Positions 48,916-60,100 of a DNA stretch of 64,000 bases are shown here, one piece after another (positions within the stretch are counted from its first letter, which is position 1; every line of letters begins with the position of its first letter). This DNA comes from an uncultured delta proteobacterium. Lineage in GTDB: Bacteria > Desulfobacterota > Desulfuromonadia > Geobacterales > Pseudopelobacteraceae. The stretch covers positions 160,001-224,000 of the forward strand of contig CAVYYZ010000002.1 of NCBI GenBank assembly GCA_963772835.1. The letters are read 5' to 3'. The notes under the pieces are model-generated. The model was not told the origin of the DNA. It saw nothing but the letters and a program-made list of their open reading frames with translations, and searched no databases. Position numbers and translations under genes: made by a program.

Positions 48916-50268
48916 TCACTCCCTCTCATCCAGGAGATCGTACTCTTTCAATTTATACTGAAGGGACCGGCGCGATAAACCCAGCTCTTCAGCAGCAAGC
49001 CTCCTGTTGCCCTTCTGCCTGCCAAGGGCCTTGACAATCATCTCCCGCTCTACGAATTTCAGGGCATCTCTGCTGTCCTGCAATACCGGTTCCTGTTTAC
49101 ACAGCATGGCGTCCGGCAAATTAACGCACCGGATGGTACCCTGAGCCAGAATTACGGCCCGCTCCACGACATTTTGCAATTCCCGGACATTGCCCGGCCA
49201 GACATAACGCACCAATGTTGTCAATGCGTCTTTCTCGAACCCATTGAACTTCTTGCCGAACTGCACACTGAAGTGGCTGAGAAAATAATTCGCTAATAGT
49301 GGTATGGCATCGGCCCGCTCCATGAGCGGCGGCAGCAGTATGGGAAAAACATTCAGACGATAATAGAGATCTTCCCTGAATCTATGCCGGCCAACTTCTT
49401 CCTGGAGATTTCTGTTTGTTGCCGCAATGACCCGGACATCTGCCCGGATCTCTTTGTTGCCGCCTACCCTCTCAAATACCCGTTCCTGCAGTACTCGCAA
49501 CAATTTGGACTGCAGAGACAGGGGCATTTCACCTATTTCATCCAGAAAAATGGTACCACCTCTCGCCAGCTCAAACTTGCCCTGCCGTGCCTGAATGGCA
49601 CCGGTGAAGGCGCCTTTTTCATGGCCGAAGAGCTCGCTCTCCAGGAGATTTTCAGGTATGGCGGCACAATTAATGGCGATGAAGCCCGCCTTCCCTCTCG
49701 GGCTGAGAAGGTGAATTGTTCTGGCAATAAGTTCTTTACCGGTCCCGCTTTCACCTGACAGCAAAACATTTGCCGTTGTCTTGGCGACATCAAGAACCAA
49801 CTTGCGCACTCTTTGCATGCTCTGTCCGGCAAAGATCAGCTCGTCTGGCGGCAGACCTGATGACTCGGCCTCTTTCATGGAACGTAATGTTCTTGTCTGT
49901 TCCTGATAGTCTATTACCCGGCGGATCACAGCCAGCAGCTCTTCCGGACTTGAAAGCGGCTTGGTAAGAAAATCAACGGCACCTTCTTTCATCGCGGAAA
50001 CGGCTTCGTCAACGGTTCCAAAAGCGGTAAGAAAAATAAACGGGGGGGCACCGGGGTCCTGCCTGGTTTCCCGAAAGAGATCAAGTCCGCTTTTTCCCGG
50101 CATTTTCAGATCTGTGATGACCAGATCAAAATTCTCCGTGGCAAGCAGCTGCGCCCCTTCACGACCATTCCGGGCAATTCTGATCTCGTATGCCTCGTCT
50201 TCCAGTACTACCTGGACAAAGCTTCTAAACGTCTCATCGTCTTCTATCAGTAAAATGCGACCCTTCAT
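48916..50268 (-). CDS. sigma54-dependent (NtrC-family) response regulator
   Basis: receiver EDD/DLKMP, GESGTGKE, GAFTGA, WPGNVREL, Fis HTH; start ATG 50268. Confidence 0.96.
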   Translation of the reverse strand: MKGRILLIEDDETFRSFVQVVLEDEAYEIRIARNGREGAQLLATENFDLVITDLKMPGKSGLDLFRETRQDPGAPPFIFLTAFGTVDEAVSAMKEGAVDFLTKPLSSPEELLAVIRRVIDYQEQTRTLRSMKEAESSGLPPDELIFAGQSMQRVRKLVLDVAKTTANVLLSGESGTGKELIARTIHLLSPRGKAGFIAINCAAIPENLLESELFGHEKGAFTGAIQARQGKFELARGGTIFLDEIGEMPLSLQSKLLRVLQERVFERVGGNKEIRADVRVIAATNRNLQEEVGRHRFREDLYYRLNVFPILLPPLMERADAIPLLANYFLSHFSVQFGKKFNGFEKDALTTLVRYVWPGNVRELQNVVERAVILAQGTIRCVNLPDAMLCKQEPVLQDSRDALKFVEREMIVKALGRQKGNRRLAAEELGLSRRSLQYKLKEYDLLDERE

Positions 50269-50270
50269 GG

Positions 50271-51509
50271 TCAACTCCTGCTCAGACTCTTCTGGTAAAG
50301 TGGGAAGGTCATGGAAACCGCGGTACCTGCACCGACAGCACTCTGTACGGAAATAGCACCTCCATGCTCTTCGACTATCTTTCTGCACAGGGCCAACCCC
50401 AGTCCTGTACCTCTCGCCCTGGTGGTAAAGAAGGGTTCAAACAGTCTGGACATTACTTCACGGCTGATTCCGTGACCATTATCACACACTCTGATTTCCG
50501 CCAGTTTATCGGCGATGTGTACGGTTATTGTCACGGTTCCACTCTCGGCTGTTGCCTGAATAGCGTTTTTCCCCAGGTTAAGCAGGACCTGCCCTAATCT
50601 GTCCCCATTTCCCGAAATAAAAATTCCTTCGGGGCATTCAGTGACGATTCTGATATGAAGCTGTTCCGCCTCAAGCTGAAGAAGGGCGGCCGTTTGGGCA
50701 ACTACCTCGCCAATATCTACTGATGTCATTACATTTCTGTCGCTTCTTGCGTAAGAGAGAAGATCGCTGACAAGCGCCTCCAATCGGAGGACCTCCGTGA
50801 CTATGCTCCGGGCATAGCCGCTATTCCGTTCATCCCGGGGTTTCTTCTCGATTATCTGAGCATACCCTTTGATGCCGGCGAGAGGGTTTCTTATTTCGTG
50901 GGCAAGCATGGCTCCCATCTCGCCCAGTTGCGCCAGACTTTCTCTCCGCGCCATTTCCAGGCGATGCTGCTCTTCCCTCCGGGTATACCGGTTGAGCGCA
51001 AGCGCCAACAGCCATCCAGCGACGAGAAGAGTGAAAAGAACGATTATATTCAACTGAGCCCGGCGGATAACGGTATCGGCCCGATATGTGTGGAGCATCA
51101 ACCGGAGGGCAACTGTTTCCCCGGGGAGAAACATCGGCGCATTGAACTCAAAAGCGCTCTCCCCTGTGCGTAGCAGTACCCTCTCAGTGGATATAATACC
51201 ATCCTTGAGCGTGGCAAGCGGAAGGGGGCCCTGAAGATGAGTGCCGATCAGATCAGGATTGGTATGAAAACGGTACGTCCCCTTTTGATCTATCAGGGCA
51301 AAAAAGGCTATGTCATGGGTCTGAAAGGTGTCAAGGCTTTGAAGAGAAGGGTCGTGGAGGGCAATATTTTCGATGGCGGAGGTCAGAGACAGGGCAAGCC
51401 CCCGCAGGTTTTCCTCTGCAATCGGACCGGCGCTCCGGTAATTACCTACAGAGAACCATACAAGAACAGCGGACAGGAAAATTCCGCCAAGCAGCAACGC
51501 CTTTCTCAT
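50271..51509 (-). CDS. sensor histidine kinase (ZraS/NtrB-like)
   Basis: two TM with periplasmic domain, AHEIRNPL, N-box, DNGHG, GTGLGL. Confidence 0.95.
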   Translation of the reverse strand: MRKALLLGGIFLSAVLVWFSVGNYRSAGPIAEENLRGLALSLTSAIENIALHDPSLQSLDTFQTHDIAFFALIDQKGTYRFHTNPDLIGTHLQGPLPLATLKDGIISTERVLLRTGESAFEFNAPMFLPGETVALRLMLHTYRADTVIRRAQLNIIVLFTLLVAGWLLALALNRYTRREEQHRLEMARRESLAQLGEMGAMLAHEIRNPLAGIKGYAQIIEKKPRDERNSGYARSIVTEVLRLEALVSDLLSYARSDRNVMTSVDIGEVVAQTAALLQLEAEQLHIRIVTECPEGIFISGNGDRLGQVLLNLGKNAIQATAESGTVTITVHIADKLAEIRVCDNGHGISREVMSRLFEPFFTTRARGTGLGLALCRKIVEEHGGAISVQSAVGAGTAVSMTFPLYQKSLSRS

Positions 51510-51521
51510 GAGTCTTCGAAG

Positions 51522-51653
51522 TCAGACGGCGGCCAGGACACGTTCAATTCCGGACCGGACCTGCGCGGCAAGTTCAGCCCGTACCTTCTGCTCGACACTT
51601 CCGAACGACACATCAAACTGTTTGCCGAACGCGCATGAAGATGCAATTTCCAT
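51522..51653 (-). pseudogene. DUF302-like protein with large in-frame internal deletion (43 aa)
   Basis: N-terminal AFGK...SF..VEQKVRAEL joined directly to C-terminal AAQVR..IERVLAAV; core missing. Confidence 0.65.
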
Positions 51654-51687
51654 ATCATTCCTCCTGTTTTGAGATGACTGACCCGGC

Positions 51688-52125
51688 TCAATCACGAAAT
51701 TTTGCGTGGCATGCGGCACATGCCTCCTCAACTTTTCCGAATGCAATTTTTGCCCCGGCAAAATCACCTTTCTTCGCCAGAGCTACTGTAGACGTTACAG
51801 TTTTTTCCAACGCCGTTGCATGCCCCACGAACTTTTTCCGCTGTGAGACGTTTTTGTGCGGTGTGGACTTCTTCAGGTCGGGTGTCGCGGAGGTTATTCT
51901 TCCTGCTTCCGCCTCAACGGCAGCAATATCACCTTTCTCCAAAGCGGACTCCAACCCTGCTGACGCCAGAGAAAACATCGGCATCATAGCATGCATCTTC
52001 ATCATCTGGGCATCGGGGTGTACCATGGCACCATGTTTATCTATGCCGTGCGCAAATGCCGCTGCAGAGGTGATTAACATCCCTGCCACGATGCCCGCTG
52101 TGACTACTGTACTCCTTTTTTTCAT
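51688..52125 (-). CDS. class II cytochrome c (c'/c556-like) with Met/His-rich N-terminus
   Basis: signal peptide, helical body, single C-terminal CAACH. Confidence 0.85.
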   Translation of the reverse strand: MKKRSTVVTAGIVAGMLITSAAAFAHGIDKHGAMVHPDAQMMKMHAMMPMFSLASAGLESALEKGDIAAVEAEAGRITSATPDLKKSTPHKNVSQRKKFVGHATALEKTVTSTVALAKKGDFAGAKIAFGKVEEACAACHAKFRD

Positions 52126-52147
52126 AATTCCCCCGAAGATGTTCTGT

Positions 52148-53005
52148 TCAATGTTCTTTCACTTCCAGAGTCAGAACAGAGTCTCCCTCTGCGCGTCTCC
52201 CACGTTTATCAGTCACATCCCAGCGCACTTTGATCTGCATGTGCTCCTTGAACTGCGAAGGGTCTTTCGGTTTGAGTACGGCAGCCATGTCAAAGACAGA
52301 ATGATAGATGTCGCCCGCGAACGGTTGTCCATCCAGTGAGACAAATCTCAACTCCTTGACCTCCACCGGTCGGTCAAAAAAGGCATTCACGTCCTCAATG
52401 TTCTTCGCCCCTTTATCCCTCATGGCGGTAATACTCAAGAGTCTCGGTGGAGATGGCTGCAGGACGGCACTGTCATCGGTATCATTAGTCATGGCGCTTA
52501 ACGGACTATTCCGCCCCTCAACCTGAACCCGGATATCCTTGACGCCCTTGAACTGACGCAGGGTCAGGGCAAGCGCATGCGCGGTCGACGCTTCAGACGA
52601 CGCATCCAGTTCCTTGCTTATATTTACCGTTACTGTCCCCTGATCATCGTTGATTGATATCAGATGAATCCCGCCCGGAAACGGAATGAATTCCCCCTGA
52701 TAACTTCCGATATCCATGCCGCCCAGCAGACGTTCTATGGCGACTTTTTTGAGACTACCCTCGTCAAAGGTAAAAAACGGAAACGGAATTACCTTAGACG
52801 GCACTTTGCTCGAAGGGAAAAAGATCACAAACGCATACGCCGTTCCCTTGTCAACCGGTGGCGCCTCACCGAAATATTTTTCGTAGGCCAGCGTCGGTAT
52901 TACCTTTCCTGGGTGCGATGGCTGAGATGTTGTGGCATTCTTTTCACACCCAAGCATACCAGCAAACGTAACAATTAAAACAATCAACAGGACTATACTT
53001 TTCAT
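52148..53005 (-). CDS. GerMN-domain lipoprotein
   Basis: lipobox MLGC; AIERLLGG, VTVNIS, LTLRQFKGVKDIRVQVEG. Confidence 0.7.
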   Translation of the reverse strand: MKSIVLLIVLIVTFAGMLGCEKNATTSQPSHPGKVIPTLAYEKYFGEAPPVDKGTAYAFVIFFPSSKVPSKVIPFPFFTFDEGSLKKVAIERLLGGMDIGSYQGEFIPFPGGIHLISINDDQGTVTVNISKELDASSEASTAHALALTLRQFKGVKDIRVQVEGRNSPLSAMTNDTDDSAVLQPSPPRLLSITAMRDKGAKNIEDVNAFFDRPVEVKELRFVSLDGQPFAGDIYHSVFDMAAVLKPKDPSQFKEHMQIKVRWDVTDKRGRRAEGDSVLTLEVKEH

Positions 53006-53023
53006 ACGTCACTCCAAACACAG

Positions 53024-53057
53024 GCGGGGATGGTTCATCACCTTGAACCACCCCCGC
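53024..53057. terminator. intergenic hairpin
   Basis: GCGGGGATGGTTCA-N6-TGAACCACCCCCGC. Confidence 0.5.
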
Positions 53058-53080
53058 TTTTTCCAGGATAATAGCCTGAC

Positions 53081-53560
53081 TTACTTGACAGTGTACCAGA
53101 ATTTACTGTTGCGAACCTTACCATCTTTCAGCTGAAACTTGCACATTATGCCGTATTTACCCTTCGCAGGCAGGGTAAAGTCGGACCCGAAACCGCCTTC
53201 CATTCCCATCAGATCTTTAACCTGCTCCGTTTTGTCCGGACCCATGACCTTTATCTTCGCCTCTCCGCCTGTCAACATTTTTCCCGACCTGGCGTCCGTG
53301 AACATAACCATAATGTGATGGGTTTCCTTCATCCCCATCTCTTTCATTTTGTGCTGAATGTCGATAACCTGGAACGTTGCCTTGACCCCGTCAACGACCT
53401 CTTCATGAGCCATTTTTCCCATAGACATGTTGCCGTCATGCTTCATGTCCATGGAGCCAGTACCGTGGTCCATCGGCATGGATCCATGATCCATAGCCGC
53501 AAAAGCTGCAGGGGATGAAAGGGCGACGACTGCTGCTACTATCAGTGTTATTTTTTTCAT
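53081..53560 (-). CDS. periplasmic Met/His-rich putative copper-binding protein (YtkA-like fold possible)
   Basis: signal peptide, MDHGSMPMDHG..., ETHHIMV. Confidence 0.75.
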   Translation of the reverse strand: MKKITLIVAAVVALSSPAAFAAMDHGSMPMDHGTGSMDMKHDGNMSMGKMAHEEVVDGVKATFQVIDIQHKMKEMGMKETHHIMVMFTDARSGKMLTGGEAKIKVMGPDKTEQVKDLMGMEGGFGSDFTLPAKGKYGIMCKFQLKDGKVRNSKFWYTVK

Positions 53561-53605
53561 TGTTCGGTCTCCTTTTTTGTTGGTTCAAATCTATATTGGA
53601 CTGTT

Positions 53606-53710
53606 AGCATTCATCATGCCAACTCGCAATGTACTGTTTTTATTATTAATACAATTTGCACCTGTTTCCAGTGTGTAGAATATTCAACAGATAGTGTCGC
53701 ATTTTCTCTA
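53606..53710 (-). promoter_or_regulatory. sigma54 promoter with enhancer sites
   Basis: TTGGCAT-N5-ATGCT (53606-53622); TGTAGAATATTCAACA (53674-53689) and weaker site at 53695. Confidence 0.75.
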
Positions 53711-53749
53711 GCTGAAGCAGCAGATCCTGCTGAACCTTCATCGCGTAAC

Positions 53750-56215
53750 TCAGATTTTCGTACTGCGCAGCCGGAGCGCATTGCTGATAACCGAAACCGA
53801 GCTTAAACTCATGGCAGCCGCTGCAATCATGGGACTGAGCAGAATGCCGAAAAATGGGTACAAGACTCCCGCGGCCAACGGGATTCCAAGTCCGTTGTAA
53901 ATGAAGGCGAAAAAAAGATTCTGCTTGATGTTGCCCATGGTTGCCCTGCTCAGACGCAGGGCGCGGACGATGCCGCGCAGGTCACCCTTGACAAGGGTCA
54001 CTCCGGCACTCTTCATGGCGACGTCCGTTCCGGTTCCCATGGCGATCCCCACATGAGCGAGCGCCAGAGCCGGTGCATCGTTGATTCCGTCGCCAGCCAT
54101 GGCAACGAAACGCCCCTGTTCCTGAAGACGTTTTACGTGGGCCGCCTTATCTTCTGGCAGCACCTCGGCTATTACATCGTCAATACCAAGCTTACCCGCC
54201 ACCGCCAGTGCCGTGGTCCGGTTATCGCCTGTCATCATGATGATGCGGATTCCTTCGGCATGGAGCTGGCCGATGGCTTCAGCACTCGTAGACTTGACCG
54301 GATCTGCCACACCCAACAGGCCGGCCGGCTTCCCGTCGATCACTACAAACATGACCGTCTGTCCGTCGGAGCGCATTGTTTCAGCCGTTGCCGAGAGTGA
54401 TCCCGGTTCAATACTCAGTTTTTCAAGCAGTCTGCGGTTACCGAGAGCTACGTTGACTCCATCCACCAGGCCCGTAACCCCCATGCCGGTCAGAGACTGA
54501 AATTCTTCGGCTTGCTTCGGGGTCACCCCGCGTTTTTCCGCACCGGCGACGATTGCCGCAGCCAGCGGGTGTTCGCTCCCCCGCTCCAGACTGGAAGCAA
54601 GCAGCAGCAGGCGCTCCGCTGACACCCCCCCTACCGGTTCAACTGAAATCAGATGCGGTTTCCCCTCGGTGAGCGTTCCGGTCTTATCGATCACCAGAGT
54701 ATCTATCTTGCGCAGCAGTTCAATGGCTTCGGCATTCTTGAACAGGACTCCCATCGTTGCTCCTTTGCCGGTCGCAACCATGATCGACATGGGAGTGGCC
54801 AGTCCAAGCGCACAGGGACATGCGATTATCAGAACCGCAACCGCATTGATCAGGGCATGTGCCAGACGCGGGTCCGGTCCGAAGTAGGCCCAGACAACAA
54901 AGGTAATCAGAGCCGACAAAAAAACCGCCGGTACAAACCAGCCGGCGACCTGATCAACAAGTTTCTGTACCGGCGCGCGGCTCCGCTGGGCATCCGCCAC
55001 CATCTGAACGATCTGGGCCAGAAGAGTGTCGGCCCCGACTTTTTCAGCGCGCATCACCAGCGAACCGGTACCGTTGATCGTAGCCCCGGTGATTTTACTG
55101 CCGTTCTCCTTCTCGACCGGCAGCGGCTCGCCGGTAAGCATCGATTCGTCGACGCTGCTCGTCCCTTCGATTACCGTTCCGTCCACCGGCACCTTTTCAC
55201 CCGGACGGACTCGCAGCCGGTCTCCAGGCTGCACCTGTCCCAGCGGGATATCTTCCTCAGTGCCGTCGTCACGCATGATTCTGGCGCTCTTGGGGGCCAA
55301 ACCGAGCAGCGCTTTTATGGCTGCTCCGGTCCGGGTACGGGCGCGGATTTCCAGTACCTGCCCGAGTAGTACGAGGGCCACTATTACTGCGGCGGCTTCG
55401 AAGTACACTGCGACGCTGCCGTCCACGCCCTGGAATGATGGAGGGAATACTGACGGGATAAAGGTTGCAATCAGACTGTAGACGTAGGAGACGCCGACAC
55501 CCAGACCTATCAGGGTAAACATGTTGAGGTTCCAGGTCCGGAGCGACTGCCACGCCTTGACGAAAAACGGCCACCCGCCCCAGATGACTACCGGTGTGGC
55601 AAGAGCACACTCCAGCCAGCCTGTGGCCTGCTGTGAAATCGGGAGAGAGAGCGAAAATCCGGCCAGCGCATCCCCCATTGCGATCAAAAAGAGCGGCACT
55701 GTCAGAGCAACACTGATCCAGAAGCGTCGCTGCATGTCAAAAAGCTCCGGATTTTCTTCATCATCGGCAGAAACAATACGCGGTTCCAGAGCCATGCCGC
55801 ACTTTGGGCAATCGCCCGGTGCCTGACGCACAATTTCCGGATGCATCGGGCAGACATACTCGGTTTTTTCCACAGTAACTGTCGGGGTTATCGGTTCAAG
55901 AGCCATCCCGCATTTTGGGCACGGTCCCGGACCTTCCTGTCGCACCTCCGGATGCATCGGGCAGGTATAAATGCCTCCTGTTGCATCACGCTGCACATCG
56001 GAAACTGCCGTAGCCATATCGGGATGTATGTCCCCGGAGATAAACTCATCAGGGTTTTTTACAAACCGCTCCCCGCAGTGCACACTGCAGAAAAAGTACG
56101 TACTTCCGTTATGCTCGTGGCTGGCGGCGGCAGTGGAGATATCAACATCCATACCGCAGACCGGATCTGTGCTGACGCCGCCGGCATTTCCATGATGCGT
56201 ATGGTCATGGTTCAT
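53750..56215 (-). CDS. copA: Cu(I)/Ag(I) P1B-1 ATPase with YHS and two CPMHP metal-binding domains
   Basis: DPVCGM, CPMHPE x2, CPC, DKTGT, YN and MSLSS signature. Confidence 0.93.
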   Translation of the reverse strand: MNHDHTHHGNAGGVSTDPVCGMDVDISTAAASHEHNGSTYFFCSVHCGERFVKNPDEFISGDIHPDMATAVSDVQRDATGGIYTCPMHPEVRQEGPGPCPKCGMALEPITPTVTVEKTEYVCPMHPEIVRQAPGDCPKCGMALEPRIVSADDEENPELFDMQRRFWISVALTVPLFLIAMGDALAGFSLSLPISQQATGWLECALATPVVIWGGWPFFVKAWQSLRTWNLNMFTLIGLGVGVSYVYSLIATFIPSVFPPSFQGVDGSVAVYFEAAAVIVALVLLGQVLEIRARTRTGAAIKALLGLAPKSARIMRDDGTEEDIPLGQVQPGDRLRVRPGEKVPVDGTVIEGTSSVDESMLTGEPLPVEKENGSKITGATINGTGSLVMRAEKVGADTLLAQIVQMVADAQRSRAPVQKLVDQVAGWFVPAVFLSALITFVVWAYFGPDPRLAHALINAVAVLIIACPCALGLATPMSIMVATGKGATMGVLFKNAEAIELLRKIDTLVIDKTGTLTEGKPHLISVEPVGGVSAERLLLLASSLERGSEHPLAAAIVAGAEKRGVTPKQAEEFQSLTGMGVTGLVDGVNVALGNRRLLEKLSIEPGSLSATAETMRSDGQTVMFVVIDGKPAGLLGVADPVKSTSAEAIGQLHAEGIRIIMMTGDNRTTALAVAGKLGIDDVIAEVLPEDKAAHVKRLQEQGRFVAMAGDGINDAPALALAHVGIAMGTGTDVAMKSAGVTLVKGDLRGIVRALRLSRATMGNIKQNLFFAFIYNGLGIPLAAGVLYPFFGILLSPMIAAAAMSLSSVSVISNALRLRSTKI

Positions 56216-56322
56216 GAATAATCCCCTTTATTGTACTGGTTGATCTGGGTGCATTTATTGTACTGGCGGATATTATAACATACTTACTTTGACAACTGAA
56301 CGATACGCCGTAGAAGCGTAAA

Positions 56323-56346
56323 GGGCAGCCGTACAAACGGCTGCCC
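56323..56346 (-). terminator. hairpin/terminator
   Basis: GGGCAGCCGT-ACAA-ACGGCTGCCC perfect 10-bp stem. Confidence 0.6.
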
Positions 56347-56352
56347 GAAGAT

Positions 56353-56670
56353 TTACCTGCCGCCTTTTTCAAGTTCTATCAGGGTTTTCTGAGCATCCTC
56401 AAGATTAGCCTTCAGCTTTCTCAGCTGATCGAGAGTATACGTGTCCCCCTTGCTAGTGATTGCGGACTGAAGCTTTTGAATCCTCTGCTGAATCGTGTCG
56501 GTCTCCTGGCTGCAGTTTCTAAGGAGTGCATCACACTCTTTTGCACATTGGGCATCCATCTGCTGCTGACTCTGCGTGTTACTATGATCCATTGTCATAT
56601 CCATTGCCATAGCCGGCACTGCCGCGGCGAAAAGTGATGCTGCCATAAGTACTGCCATTTTCGTTTTCAT
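56353..56670 (-). CDS. small periplasmic helical protein with Met-rich N-terminus and three Cys
   Basis: GGAGG SD, signal peptide, MDMTMDH, CAKEC-x6-C, coiled-coil. Confidence 0.8.
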   Translation of the reverse strand: MKTKMAVLMAASLFAAAVPAMAMDMTMDHSNTQSQQQMDAQCAKECDALLRNCSQETDTIQQRIQKLQSAITSKGDTYTLDQLRKLKANLEDAQKTLIELEKGGR

Positions 56671-56719
56671 TGTTATTTCCTCCATAGAATGATTTGAACT
56701 GCTGTATGTCTTACTATAA

Positions 56720-56838
56720 AGCATAGGCCGTGCCAACAGCATAACATGCCGATAATATTTGTTTTTATTATATTTAACTGCTGGTAACGCTTCCTGAATT
56801 CAGAATATCACACAGTGATGCGTAGAATATCCCACGCA
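56720..56838 (-). promoter_or_regulatory. sigma54 promoter with enhancer sites
   Basis: TTGGCAC-N5-ATGCT (56720-56736); CGTAGAATATCCCACG (56821-56836) and weaker site at 56799. Confidence 0.75.
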
Positions 56839-57092
56839 ATACCACAGATAATTACTGTGCTATCTGGTTTCCGGACACCGTTTTATTCTGATTGATTTGG
56901 AAGAAGGCAGGACCGTTCAAGACTAACCTCGTGAATACGACATCGTGCTCCTGTCACTGATGGTTTTGGTGCAGCAGGGGTGAGGATGTTCATCCTATCG
57001 TAACCGGGAGAGCAGAAGGCAAACGGCATGTGAAACCTTCGGTATCAGGATGGGGATGGAGGCAGCAGCGGAATGAGCCGGTTTAAAGCGGA

Positions 57093-57135
57093 GGCACCTC
57101 CGGTGTGATGACAACGTCATCACACCGGAGGTGCC
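57093..57135. terminator. long perfect hairpin after cusA
   Basis: 20-bp stem GGCACCTCCGGTGTGATGAC, 3-nt loop. Confidence 0.6.
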
Positions 57136-57173
57136 GGGGGAAAAATACTATGAAAGCAGTTTTGTCACACTCC

Positions 57174-60100
57174 TTAATGCTTCATTCCCGAATAATGCAG
57201 CTTCCCTTTTTTCAGATCCCGCTTCTTCATCAGCACAAAGATCACCGGTGTCATGATGAGAACATGTACGGCTGACGAGATCATCCCGCCGATCATCGGC
57301 GCTGCGATCGGTTTCATCACATCTGCCCCGGTGCCGGTTGACCACATAATCGGAATCAGACCGAGGAGAGCCACCGCGACGGTCATCAGCTTGGGGCGCA
57401 GGCGCAGCACCGCACCTTCGAAGGTCGCATCGTAAATATCCTGTTCAGTGCATGGCCCGTTGATCAGCTTCTTGTCCAACGCTTCGTGCAGGTAGATAAC
57501 CATGACCACCCCGGTCTCCACGGCGATGCCGTACAGGGCGATGAAACCGACCCAGACCGCCACCGACAGGTTATATCCCAGTGCCGAGACCAGGTAGACC
57601 CCTCCGACCAGGGCAAAGGGTACCGAGAGCATGACCATGCTCGCCTCCAGCGCCGAGTGGAACGTGAAGTAGAGCAGGATGAAGATGATCACCAGGCCGA
57701 GAGGAATCAGTACCTGCAGGCGTGCCTTGGCGCGCAGCTGGTTCTCCCACTGCCCGGACCAGACCACGTAATAACCGGCGGGGAGCTTAAGGTTCTTTTC
57801 CAGAACCTGCTTGGCTTCGGTGACAAAGCCACCCATGTCGCGGCCGCGCACGTTCAGGAAGACCAGTGAGCGCAACAGGCCACCCTCGCTGTTGATCTCC
57901 GGTGCACCGGTTGATATTTTGAGCTTCGTCACCAGCGACAGAGGCACCTGGGCGCCATCCATCCCGCCCACGAGAATACGGCGGATTGCCGGGATATTGT
58001 CCCGGTAGTCACGCATATAGCGCAGACGGATAGGGAAGCGGTTTCGTCCCTCAACGGATGTTGAAAGCATCTCACCGCCCAGAGCGGTTTCAATGATTGA
58101 CTGAATATCCCCGACGCTGACGCCGTAACGGGCGGCAGCCTCGCGGTCAATATCGATGTCTATGTAGTTGCCGCCGGTGACCCGTTCTGCGACCACATCC
58201 GCTGCGCCGTTGATCGGCTTGAGGATCGTTTCGGCCTGTAGAGCCAGATCTTTGAGTACGTTCAAATCGTTACCGAAGATTTTGACTCCAAGGTCGGTAC
58301 GCACCCCGGTGGAGAGCATGTTTATGCGGTTGATGATCGGCTGGGTCCAGCCGTTACGTACACCGATCTGCTGGAGCTTGGAGTCGAGTTCGGCTACGAT
58401 ATCGGCTTTCTTGATCCCCGGACGCCACGTTTCTTTGGGCTTGAGGATGATGATACTCTCGAACATCGAAACCGGTGCCGGGTCGGTGGAAGTCTCGGCA
58501 CGGCCGACCTTGCCGAGCACGTGTTCGACCTCGGGAACCCCCATTATAATCTTGTCCTGAACCTGTATCAGCCGCTTTGCCTCGGTAATCGATACATTGG
58601 GAAGCGTAACCGGCATGTAGAGCAGCGATCCCTCGTCAAGTGGTGGCATGAACTCGGAGCCCAGATTCATGAACATCGGCACGGCAATCGCCAGGGCCAG
58701 TAGATTCAGGGCGATGGTGGTCTTTTTCCAGACCAGCACCCAGCGGATAACCGGTGAATACAGTCTTATGAAGAAGGTAGAAACCGGGTTGGCGCTCTCC
58801 GGCGGCATCCTGCCCCGCATGAAGTAATACATCAGCACCGGCACCAACGTGATGGCTATCACTGCAGAACCCATCATGGAGAAGGTCTTGGTGAAGGCGA
58901 GCGGATGGAACAGCTTCCCCTCCTGCCCTTCCAGCATGAAGACCGGGACAAAGGAGAGAACTATGATCGCCAAGGAGAAGAAGATCGCCCGGCCGACCTG
59001 TTTGGCCGAGGCAATGACGACCTCAAGCCGCTTTGCCTCCCGTTCTCCGGCCGGCATCTCGGAGAGTTGGCGGTAACAGTTCTCCACCATGATCACCCCG
59101 GCGTCAACAAGGACACCGATGGCGATGGCAATACCACCCAGTGACATGATATTGGAGGAGACCCCCATCAGCTTCATGGTAATAAAGGCGATCAGCACTG
59201 AAATCGGCAGGGTCAGCACAATGACAAGGGCGCTCTGGAAGTGGAGCAGAAAAGCCAGGATCACCAGTGACACCACCACCGATTCCTCGAACAGAGAGTG
59301 TTTGAGGGTGTCAATTGCCCGGGCAATCAAATCGGAGCGGTCGTAGGAAACTTTGATCTTGACCCCTGGAGGCAGCCCTTTCTCCAGCTCCGTTATTTTC
59401 ACTTTGACACGATCGATAACAGCCTTGGCATTTTCTCCGTAGCGCATGACGACGATGCCGCCAACCGCTTCACCTTCGCCGTTCATCTCCAGCAAACCGC
59501 GCCGGATGGCGCCTCCCATCTGGACGACTCCCAGATTTTTGATGTAGATCGGCGTACCGCGCATGTCGGCGCCGACGACGATGTTCTCAAGGTCCTCCTT
59601 GGACTTGATGTATCCCTGTCCCCGGATCAGATATTCGGCATCGGCCTGTTCGATCAGCCGCCCCCCCACATCCTTGTTGGAAACCTTGACCGCATCCATG
59701 ATCTTGGCAACCTTTATGTTGTAGGCGAACAGTTTGTTCGGGTCGAGATCGATCTGATATTCCCGCACCAGACCACCGATGGAGGCCACCTCTGCCACCC
59801 CTTGGACGGTGTTGAGCTGATAGCGCACAAACCAGTCCTGCAGAGTGCGCAGCTGCTCCAGGTCATACCCCTTCCCCTCGATTGTATACCAGAAAACATG
59901 CCCGACACCGGTACCGTCAGGACCGAGCGTCGGAGTAACTCCGGGGGGAAGAAGTGAAGCGGCGTAATTGAGGCGTTCCAGAACACGGGTTCGTGCCCAG
60001 TAGATGTCGGCCTTGTCTTCGAAGATGACGTAAATCATCGAGAATCCGAAGGCGGATGAGGCACGCACGGCGCGGACCATGGGGAGCCCCTGCAGGTTGA

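Noticed and set aside
57017..57050. GGCAAAC...GAAA as c-di-GMP-I riboswitch
   Set aside because: No paired stem around GAAA, no following GCAAA motif, and no plus-strand gene downstream.
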